This document shows, piece after piece, positions 1 through 6,382 of a stretch of 7,432 bases of DNA. The DNA lies in assembly GCA_002779075.1 (NCBI GenBank), contig PEXK01000042.1:1-7432 (forward strand). The letters are read 5' to 3'. Under the pieces are notes generated by a model. That model saw nothing but the letters and a program-made list of their open reading frames with translations, was not told the DNA's origin and made no database searches. How positions within the stretch are numbered: position 1 is the stretch's first letter; every line of letters begins with the position of its first letter. This DNA comes from Candidatus Diapherotrites archaeon CG08_land_8_20_14_0_20_30_16 (lineage in GTDB: Archaea; Iainarchaeota; Iainarchaeia; Iainarchaeales; 0-14-0-20-30-16). A program made the translations under genes and the position numbers.

Positions 1-3000
1 GGTGCTTGGATAATAATCAAATAATATATTATCTTTTTTGTCTTCAATTATTGGTGCACTATAATTTAATTGATCCATATAACGATTCCCTACGCCTATT
101 CTATTATTAATAGGTTGTGTTTGATAAAATGGGTTTGTGCCATAAGATGTACCAGTTCCTAAATTGGAAGTTGGGAAAAAGCTACTAGCTAGGTTTGAGC
201 CACCAGTTGTATTCAAAAGATTACTATAAGCATCATAAGTAAATGGGTTTTGCGCATTAAAAGTATTTGTGCCAAACATATTATTGTTAAATCCTAAAGG
301 ATAACCATTTACGCCACTGTTAGCACCTAACATAGGATTGTACATTCCACCTAACATGCTCATTCCCATGTTATATGGTGTTACACCTAAAATTATTGGA
401 TTCATTAATGCTGTAGTTGCATCTAATATCTGACCCTGAGGAGAGATTATTTGCAGGCATTTTTTCAAATCGCTTACTGTTATTACCTGTTCATTGCTTG
501 CGCTAATTTCTTGCAAACCATTATTAGTTGGGAAATAAGCCCTTAGTGTAAAAATTGCTTTTGCCTGCCCAGATATTACTGTTGGGGTTTCAACAAAACT
601 AAGATTTATTGTGTTTTGTTTGGGCTTTACTTCTTTCAAAACCAAAACACCATTTTCATCAATTGTCTGCTTGTTAAAATTGTAAACTCCTAATTTCAAA
701 CCATCCCATTCAACAAAAATACTAGCATTATATAATTGCACCTGCTTTCCTTTGTACATACATGTATTATTTAATTTCAATGACTCCCCTTTAAGAGATA
801 ACTCATTTGAAAATGTTAAAGCCAAACAATTTGGTGCATCCAAAGAATCAAACATTTTTACATAAACTGTCAAGGGTATTTGAACATTCCAGCTTTTATC
901 TATTTCTTCTGCACTAACAACAATATCAATATTTGTTTTGAATGTTTTTGGTTCTAGCAGAGCCAATCCTAAAGGAGTTAATTGACTAAAAATATTCAAA
1001 TCCAAATTTGTATCAAACTCAGTATTAACACTGATATTGGGAAATTTGATATCTACAAAATCCAAAAATGCACCCGAAGAGAACCCTATTTTAGTTACTT
1101 TTAATTTGTAAGGCATGGGTGTCTTTAGCAAAAGACTTTGTGTTGTGTTTTCTTTTTCTGCTTTATCTAATATAATAGATACTTCTGCTTTTTCAGGAAC
1201 TAAAACATTTTCTGTAATTTTCACAGTAGTTGTTACTTCATTATATCCTGAAGCATTAACTTTTATTTTCAAAACATCACCAGAATTTGGCTTTTCTATT
1301 TCTAAGGGTAGTTTTCCTTCGCCATCAGTTTTTCCAGATTTCAATAAAACATCATTCAAATAAACATTTACCAAAGCATCGCTTATAGGTGTTCTATCTT
1401 CTACATCAGTTACAACTACTGCACCTAAATTCAAAACATAAGGTACAATAATTCCCGGCACATATTCTGCAATCAAACTCTTTGGAGCATCAACAGTCAT
1501 TTTAATTTCTTTTGTAAATAATTTCTCCTTACTGTCAGAAATTAAATCAAACACTAATAAAGAGTCGCCTGGCTTTGTTGCACTAAAACCAACTGTTCCT
1601 AAAATTTCTGTTGCTGGTGTAAAATTAGGTATTAATAAAATAAACTTCCCTGACTTTTTTTCAACAATCTGGGGCTTAGCATTTACACTTATTGATGCAT
1701 TGCTCAAATCAATACCATTTTTAGTTGAGATCTCCACAGTAACATTTTTATATATTGTTTTTGTTGCAGAAACTATTTTAAAAGAAAAAATTGTTGGTGC
1801 ATTATAAAGAGGATACATGTCATCAAATACTTGAGTAACATTTCCTAAATTATCTGATGCACTCATATCAATACAGGCAACATTTACGCAAATTAAATTT
1901 CCTGATTTGAAAGATAAATAAGAAGTATCTGCATAGAATCCTAATTTTTCTGAAACATTTTCATTCTGTCCTAATAAATCATCTTGGGGTGCCCTTAAAA
2001 TTGATGTTCCTGATTTCAAACTAGCTCTGTAACCTAATTTGAATAATTTGCTTTTAGGTTCTGATGCAACATTAAATAATACTTTAACTAAAGATGAACC
2101 ACTATTTACTTTTGATATTTGCAATGAAGACCACAAAGCATTATCTGTAGTTTTTGAAAGCATATCATCTGCAAATCCCAAAGGAGCAGTGTAGGTAATG
2201 CCTTTGGTTTCTAAACCATTCAAAACCTCAGCTTTTTTTATTGATATATTATTCTCTTGCACTGTTTTACCATCACCAACAAAGAACACCTGCCCTAAAC
2301 TAAATGGTTTACCTATAGGCACACCTAATAAAAACAAACCATAATATTCGCCATTGGGAACAACATTATATGGCAAAGTATTAATTTCAGAACCATCAGA
2401 ATTGTAAACACCTATGAAATCTACGCTTAAAGTAGAGGGATCATTAACAAAATAAGTTGTTAAAACAGGTGTTTGATTTGAAATTATATTCAAAGCTAAA
2501 GAATATGATGTGCCTTTATCATTTGATGCTTTTGCATAAACTGTTTTATCTGCACTCACACCATAAAAATGTGCAATTCCAGAATCATCAGTCTGGCTTG
2601 GAACACCAATTGATTTTTCAGTAAATGCATTATACAATTCTACATTTATTTCTTTCAGTGCAGATCCTGATTTATCTAAAACAATAACATCTACATTTCC
2701 TTTTCCTACAACCATTTGCACTTCCAATTTATTTTCGTATCTTGGATCTAAAATAATTGGTTTTGATGTTTGAGAATATTCCCCCTTAACTACTTTCGCA
2801 TTATATGATTTTCCAGATTCTAATCTATCAAAAAATGCAATTCCATCGCTTCCTGTTAATTTTTGTGTTAACAAATTGCCTTCTTTAAAAAGTTGGACAG
2901 TTGCTTGTGCAATAGGTTCATTATTTGCTGTAACATATACTTTCAAAATAGGTGCTGATTTTACTGCTTCTAAATGCACTTCTAAAGGGGTTTCTGAAAT

Positions 3001-4227
3001 TCCTACATTTGGATTATCATAAATCATATATTGAAGAGAATCAATTACTACTCTATAGGGCCCAACTTCAGGAACTCCTCTTATGAATATTCCATTTGCA
3101 TCTTCTTTCAATGTCTCGTTGAAATATTGTAAATCACCTTTGTAAACAGAGACTTGTGCTTCTTTTACTGGTTTACCTGCAAAATCCAGAATTAATAAAT
3201 TTATTTTTCCAATATTTGCTTTTTTCAAAGTCAAAATACAATCTGTTGGTGTGTTTTCAGTTAACAATTTGTTACACTCGCTTGTCAAATCATCTTTTGT
3301 TGATAAAAAAGAAAAATCCCCTATTCCAGAATCATATGCAGTAATGTAATAACTCCCAATTGGCAAAGCCAATTCTGCTAATCCAGTATCTGGTGTTATA
3401 CTTGATCCTTGTGAAACATCTTCTTGATCATAAGCGTTTACTGTAATATTAGATAAAAATAATCCTGTTTCATCTTGAACAATAACTCTTAATTTGCCTG
3501 TTTTCTTTGCTTCCGAAACAATTAAATCCAGGCTATCAACACCAACAGAAATTGATTTACTTATTTCAGGATCATATGAAACAATAGATAAATTTCCACA
3601 ATCATTTGGCAGATCAGTTAAATCAACAAACCCGCTTGTAACAGTTACTTTTTTAACATAATTTGTTTTATCACAACTCAAATCTAATTCGATAATATCA
3701 GAAAATAATGCTTTCGAATCTGCATCTGTATATAAGTGCAAAGTTTTTGAGCCTAACAAATTAGTTTTATCTTTCAAATTTACTGTTATTGGATCTTCCG
3801 AAGTTATCACAAAAGAGCTTTGTTCCAAAATATATTTGTCAGAAGAAATAATTAAATTTACTTGTGCATCTTTAGGCAAAGAAACTAATATTTCACCATC
3901 ACTATTTGTTGTTTCTGTTAAGACTTCGTCTGCATAAGATAATGAAACTACTAAATTAGGAACTATTGCGTTATTTGTTACATCCACAAACTTCATATTA
4001 ACACTTAAGTTGGGAGGTACCAAAACACCACAAAAATAAAGAATCAATAAAACAATTACTGCAAGAATAACCAAAAAAATCAAAGCCATTATTGGAAAAG
4101 ATGGGATATTTTTACTTTGCAGCCATTCATCAATTTTATAAAGAAAATGTACTCCTTTTGAATCAAACCAATCTAAACTAGCATAGTATTTTTCTTCTAA
4201 CTTATAATATAAGTCTGATAAACCCAT
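1..4227 (-). CDS. Giant N-terminally membrane-anchored surface (adhesin-like) protein; 5' end complete, 3' end runs off the window (at least 1409 aa)
   Basis: Absent from the supplied ORF track. ATG at 4227-4225, GGTG (4234-4231) 3 nt upstream, in-frame upstream stop TAG at 4240-4238. I read all 1409 plus-strand frame-1 triplets from 1 to 4227 and found no TTA, CTA or TCA, so there is no minus-strand stop. Translation begins MGLSDLYYKLEEKYYASLDWFDSKGVHFLYKIDEWLQSKNIPSFPIMALIFLVILAVIVLLILYFCGVLVPPNLSVNMKFVDV and ends at the edge with ...NRYMDQLNYSAPIIEDKKDNILFDYYPST. Composition is protein-like (D/E/G/V/T/S rich), unlike the K/F/I/N-rich off-frames. It contains one TM helix and repeated beta-sandwich-type modules. 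Confidence 0.9.
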   Translation of the reverse strand, partial: MGLSDLYYKLEEKYYASLDWFDSKGVHFLYKIDEWLQSKNIPSFPIMALIFLVILAVIVLLILYFCGVLVPPNLSVNMKFVDVTNNAIVPNLVVSLSYADEVLTETTNSDGEILVSLPKDAQVNLIISSDKYILEQSSFVITSEDPITVNLKDKTNLLGSKTLHLYTDADSKALFSDIIELDLSCDKTNYVKKVTVTSGFVDLTDLPNDCGNLSIVSYDPEISKSISVGVDSLDLIVSEAKKTGKLRVIVQDETGLFLSNITVNAYDQEDVSQGSSITPDTGLAELALPIGSYYITAYDSGIGDFSFLSTKDDLTSECNKLLTENTPTDCILTLKKANIGKINLLILDFAGKPVKEAQVSVYKGDLQYFNETLKEDANGIFIRGVPEVGPYRVVIDSLQYMIYDNPNVGISETPLEVHLEAVKSAPILKVYVTANNEPIAQATVQLFKEGNLLTQKLTGSDGIAFFDRLESGKSYNAKVVKGEYSQTSKPIILDPRYENKLEVQMVVGKGNVDVIVLDKSGSALKEINVELYNAFTEKSIGVPSQTDDSGIAHFYGVSADKTVYAKASNDKGTSYSLALNIISNQTPVLTTYFVNDPSTLSVDFIGVYNSDGSEINTLPYNVVPNGEYYGLFLLGVPIGKPFSLGQVFFVGDGKTVQENNISIKKAEVLNGLETKGITYTAPLGFADDMLSKTTDNALWSSLQISKVNSGSSLVKVLFNVASEPKSKLFKLGYRASLKSGTSILRAPQDDLLGQNENVSEKLGFYADTSYLSFKSGNLICVNVACIDMSASDNLGNVTQVFDDMYPLYNAPTIFSFKIVSATKTIYKNVTVEISTKNGIDLSNASISVNAKPQIVEKKSGKFILLIPNFTPATEILGTVGFSATKPGDSLLVFDLISDSKEKLFTKEIKMTVDAPKSLIAEYVPGIIVPYVLNLGAVVVTDVEDRTPISDALVNVYLNDVLLKSGKTDGEGKLPLEIEKPNSGDVLKIKVNASGYNEVTTTVKITENVLVPEKAEVSIILDKAEKENTTQSLLLKTPMPYKLKVTKIGFSSGAFLDFVDIKFPNISVNTEFDTNLDLNIFSQLTPLGLALLEPKTFKTNIDIVVSAEEIDKSWNVQIPLTVYVKMFDSLDAPNCLALTFSNELSLKGESLKLNNTCMYKGKQVQLYNASIFVEWDGLKLGVYNFNKQTIDENGVLVLKEVKPKQNTINLSFVETPTVISGQAKAIFTLRAYFPTNNGLQEISASNEQVITVSDLKKCLQIISPQGQILDATTALMNPIILGVTPYNMGMSMLGGMYNPMLGANSGVNGYPLGFNNNMFGTNTFNAQNPFTYDAYSNLLNTTGGSNLASSFFPTSNLGTGTSYGTNPFYQTQPINNRIGVGNRYMDQLNYSAPIIEDKKDNILFDYYPST
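103..420 (-). other. Nearly charge-free N/G/Y/F/M/P/T-rich low-complexity tract of the giant protein (aa 1270-1375)
   Basis: ATTALMNPIILGVTPYNMGMSMLGGMYNPMLGANSGVNGYPLGFNNNMFGTNTFNAQNPFTYDAYSNLLNTTGGSNLASSFFPTSNLGTGTSYGTNPFYQTQPINN. By my count there are 18 Asn and 14 Gly in 106 residues. There is no K, R or E and a single D, while the rest of the protein is K/D/E rich. The tract contains four NP[F/M/I] motifs. Confidence 0.8.
1213..1431 (-). other. Additional isolated carboxypeptidase-regulatory-like module (aa ~933-1005)
   Basis: LGAVVVTDVEDRTPISDALVNVYLNDVLLKSGKTDGEGKLPLEIEKPNSGDVLKIKVNASGYNEVTTTVKI shows the same V-x-D..P-I-x-x-A-x-V, T-D-x-x-G and G-Y pattern as the N-proximal array. 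Confidence 0.5.
2443..4014 (-). other. Array of divergent ~80-100 aa carboxypeptidase-regulatory-like (transthyretin-like beta-sandwich) modules within the giant protein (aa ~72-595)
   Basis: Recurring pattern: h-x-h-x-V-x-D-x-x-G/N-x-P/h-h-x-x-A-x-V-x-h-Y/F, then T-x-x-D/S-G-x-h-x-h, then G-x-Y-x-h-x-h. Examples: KLRVIVQDETGLFLSNITVNAYD..ITPDTGLAELALPIGSYYITAYDSG; KINLLILDFAGKPVKEAQVSVYKG..KEDANGIFIRGVPEVGPYRVVI; ILKVYVTANNEPIAQATVQLFKEG..LTGSDGIAFFDRLESGKSYNAKVV; NVDVIVLDKSGSALKEINVELYN..QTDDSGIAHFYGVSADKTVYAKA. The repeats are visible only at protein level; the DNA copies have diverged. Fold assignment is from motif memory, not a search. Confidence 0.55.
4018..4092 (-). other. Single transmembrane anchor of the giant protein (aa ~46-70)
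   Basis: Uninterrupted hydrophobic run IMALIFLVILAVIVLLILYFCGVLV followed by PP. It lies 45 residues from the N-terminus and has no small-x-small cleavage motif after it. This fits an uncleaved signal-anchor better than a classical signal peptide. Confidence 0.75.
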
Positions 4228-4320
4228 TAGCACCACTATCTATTTATAGATACATAAAGTATATAAATCCTTTTACTCAAAGAATAACAATCTTTTTATA
4301 TATAAAAGGTTTTATAAATA
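4228..4320 (-). promoter_or_regulatory. Putative RBS plus AT-rich promoter region of the giant gene
   Basis: Minus strand reads ...GGATTTATATACTTTATGTATCTATAAATAGATAGTGGTGCTAATG. GGTG (4234-4231) is complementary to the conserved CACC of the 16S 3' tail. Several TATA-like boxes lie 15-90 nt upstream, including the near-palindrome CTTTTTATATATAAAAGG (4292-4309, one mismatch). I cannot choose between bacterial -35/-10 and archaeal BRE/TATA readings in sequence this AT-rich. Confidence 0.3.
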
Positions 4321-4524
4321 AAGTTTATGATATAAGGAGAAGTAGGTTTAAAATACTTTCCATTATGAATTTAGCATGCTTAACATTACCTCTAAAAAAA
4401 AGATAAAAAAATTTGCTTTGAAAATAAAATATGCTAAAACAGTTTTGCAGCAGACAAAAGGATTAATGTTTTTGTTTAAGGGGGAGTTTGATTTTGGTTT
4501 GATATTTCCTTTCAAACAAAAAAA

Positions 4525-4593
4525 CAGATTTTTGAATTCAATACACATGTTCTTTGTTTTCTTTCCAATCTGCGCAGTTTTTTTGAATTCCAA
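4525..4593. repeat. Two copies of an imperfect ~17-nt repeat with a palindromic GAATTC core, 51 bp apart
   Basis: CAGATTTTTGAATTCAA at 4525-4541 contains the perfect 10-bp palindrome TTGAATTCAA (4532-4541). CAGTTTTTTTGAATTCCAA is at 4575-4593. The shared core TTTTTGAATTC sits at 4529-4539 and 4580-4590. The sequence facts are direct; function is unknown. Confidence 0.5.
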
Positions 4594-4756
4594 AAAAAGA
4601 GTTGTTGATAAAAAAATATTGAAACCATTCACACCAATTTATATACCAAAAAAAGACTGTTCTTTTTTAATAGAGCTTCCAATAAAATATTCTAAAAAAA
4701 TAAAAACAGGAGATAAAATATATTGGCAGGAAAAATAAACAAAAGAAAAATAAATA

Positions 4757-6316
4757 TTATTTTCCTACTAATTTAATTCCCAATTCTACCAGTTTTTCAT
4801 CCTCAACAGGCGATGGTGAGTTTTCCATTAGACCTTCTGCTGCTTTGTTTTTTGGAAAAGCAATAACCTCTCTAATAGCTTCTGCACCTATCAAAAGCAT
4901 TATCAATCTGTCTAAACCTATTGCTAATCCACCGTGAGGTGGAATTCCAGAATTAAATGCGTCCAAGAAAAAACCAAAATTATTTTTTACTTCTTTATCC
5001 TTTAACCCTAAAAGACCAAAAATTTTCTTTTGCATTTCATAATCATGGATTCTAATGCTTCCACCACCTAATTCCACACCATTTAAAACAACATCATATG
5101 CTCTACTTTTCATTTGGTCTAGTGGCAGATTAATATCATTTGGTTGTGTAAATGGGTGATGTGTTGGCATATATCTTCTCTCTGTTTCGCTATATTCAAA
5201 CATAGGAAAATCATAAACCCACAAAAATTTATCCTCGCCTTTATTTAAATCCAACAATTTAGCAATTTCAGTTCTAGCATTACCTAATTTTAAATAAGGC
5301 CCATAAACAAATTCTGATTTCGGTTTGTCTATAAAAACCAAAACCTCACTGCCTTTTGATTCATATAAAACATCTTTCTGAGATTTCAAATAATCTATTA
5401 CTAAATTATTTGTCTTTATTAAAAAATATACTTTATTTTTGTCTGTTTTAAATTCTAAATCAAATCTCAAATCTGGTTTATCAGAACCATATTTTTTTAA
5501 TGCCACATCGTATGTTAATTTGACAAATGGAGTTTTTATTTTTACCCCTTTAAATTTTTCCCAAATTTCTTTTAATAATCCTTCAATAACTTGCATTATA
5601 TCTTCTTCATTAATAAAAGACATCTCTAAATCTATTTGTGTAAATTCTGGTTGTCTATCTGCTCTCAAATCCTCATCTCTAAAACATTTTGCAATTTGAA
5701 AATATCTATTGAAACCAGATATCATCAAAATCTGTTTGTATAATTGTGGGCTTTGTGGTAATGCGTAAAACAACCCCTTGTTAATCCTAGAAGGCACCAA
5801 ATAATCCCTTGCGCCTTCAGGAGTACTCTTTCCCAAAATAGGGGTTTCAATTTCATTAAATCCCAACTCATAAAGATAATCTCTAATAGTCTTTGTGATT
5901 TGGGATCTTAGAATAATATTCTGTTGTGGTTTTTCGGTTCTCAAATATAAATATCTATATTTTTGTGTTGTTTCTTCAGTTGGTTTTAGTTCATTAATAT
6001 TAGAATTTGTAAAAGGCAAATTAGTTGCAATAGAATTTATAATTAATTCTTTTGCCTGCAATTCATATTTTGTATTGTCATCTTTTTTGTGTTTCAATAT
6101 GCCTTTACATGTGATACAAGATTCTATTGTCAATTTTTTAGCCTGTTCATTTAATTCAGGAGTTGTTAATACTACTTGTATTTTTCCAGACAAATCTCTT
6201 ATTTCTATAAACCCTATTTTTCCCATCAATCTCAAAGTATTTACCCAACCATTAATTGTAACTTCTTTTTCTAAATTTTCTTTTTTATTTGTTATATCTT
6301 TAATAGTATAATTCAT
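4757..6316 (-). CDS. aspS: Aspartyl-tRNA synthetase, bacterial type, with shortened insertion (GAD-like) domain
   Basis: N-terminal OB-fold anticodon-binding pattern (VTINGWVNTLRLMGKIGFIEIRDLSGKIQVV). Class II signatures are near-identical to bacterial AspRS as I remember it for E. coli: STPEGARDYLVPSR, FYALPQSPQLYKQ, FRDEDLRADRQPEFTQIDLEMSF, YGSDKPDLR, HHPFTQP, GGGSIRIH, PPHGGLAIGLDRL, AFPK. Stop TAA at 4759-4757. I prefer the ATG at 6316 over the track's GTG at 6325, because GGAAGTGA (6329-6322) lies 5 nt upstream of it as an RBS. Using the GTG adds only 3 residues. Confidence 0.93.
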   Translation of the reverse strand: MNYTIKDITNKKENLEKEVTINGWVNTLRLMGKIGFIEIRDLSGKIQVVLTTPELNEQAKKLTIESCITCKGILKHKKDDNTKYELQAKELIINSIATNLPFTNSNINELKPTEETTQKYRYLYLRTEKPQQNIILRSQITKTIRDYLYELGFNEIETPILGKSTPEGARDYLVPSRINKGLFYALPQSPQLYKQILMISGFNRYFQIAKCFRDEDLRADRQPEFTQIDLEMSFINEEDIMQVIEGLLKEIWEKFKGVKIKTPFVKLTYDVALKKYGSDKPDLRFDLEFKTDKNKVYFLIKTNNLVIDYLKSQKDVLYESKGSEVLVFIDKPKSEFVYGPYLKLGNARTEIAKLLDLNKGEDKFLWVYDFPMFEYSETERRYMPTHHPFTQPNDINLPLDQMKSRAYDVVLNGVELGGGSIRIHDYEMQKKIFGLLGLKDKEVKNNFGFFLDAFNSGIPPHGGLAIGLDRLIMLLIGAEAIREVIAFPKNKAAEGLMENSPSPVEDEKLVELGIKLVGK

Positions 6317-6321
6317 ATAAT

Positions 6322-6329
6322 TCACTTCC
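6322..6329 (-). promoter_or_regulatory. Shine-Dalgarno-like element for aspS
   Basis: Minus strand reads AGAAGGAAGTGAATTATATG. GGAAGTGA resembles GGAGGTGA and ends 5 nt before the ATG at 6316-6314. Confidence 0.5.
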
Positions 6330-6382
6330 TTCTATTTAGTCTTAAATTCTGCAACCATCGTTTTGTTTTTTCAGATATTGGT

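Noticed and set aside
1115-1363. 82-aa plus-strand ORF; also the 62-aa plus-strand ORF at 3156-3344
   Set aside because: Both lie entirely antisense to the giant minus-strand CDS. Their composition is F/S/L/K-rich junk typical of the reverse complement of a coding frame, and neither has an RBS.
1-4014. Enrichment of N-X-S/T glycosylation sequons in the ectodomain (about 20 counted)
   Set aside because: With Asn near 8% and Ser+Thr near 16%, roughly that many sequons are expected by chance. There is no evidence of enrichment.
1-4227. Suspected stop-codon reassignment or an alternative genetic code, because the ORF track shows no long ORF across 4.2 kb of obviously coding-looking sequence
   Set aside because: The minus-strand frame is fully open under the standard code: no TAA, TAG or TGA in 1409 codons. 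Trp is encoded by TGG, and all three complete genes end in TAA. The omission is explained by the ORF being truncated at the window edge.
4525-4593. Possible CRISPR array, tRNA T-arm or mobile-element ends suggested by the GAATTC repeats
   Set aside because: There are only two imperfect copies and no regular repeat-spacer structure. No cloverleaf can be built around them. No transposase gene or terminal inverted repeats occur anywhere in the window.
4363-4738. 120-aa plus-strand ORF (4376-4738) and 89-aa minus-strand ORF (4363-4632) in the large gap
   Set aside because: They overlap each other, and both are dominated by K/F/I/N/L as expected for random frames in AT-rich DNA. Neither has an RBS at a proper distance: AAGGAG at 4334-4339 is 25-36 nt from the nearest ATGs. 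The plus ORF's tail (ELPIKYSKKIKTGDKIYWQEK) faintly recalls the I-P-K-x-x-R-x-x-L-x-x-x-x-G-D segment of AbrB/SpoVT-type domains, but it is too short and truncated to call. The region is kept as a finding, not as a gene.
5439-6311. Plus-strand ORFs of 86 aa (5439-5699) and 138 aa (5895-6311) inside aspS
   Set aside because: These are shadow ORFs antisense to a highly conserved AspRS frame. They are hydrophobic and low-complexity (F/S/I/L/C), with no recognisable motifs.
6323-6325. GTG start for aspS as given by the ORF track
   Set aside because: The GTG sits inside the best Shine-Dalgarno match (GGAAGTGA), and that element is correctly spaced for the ATG 9 nt downstream (6316). The difference is only 3 residues.
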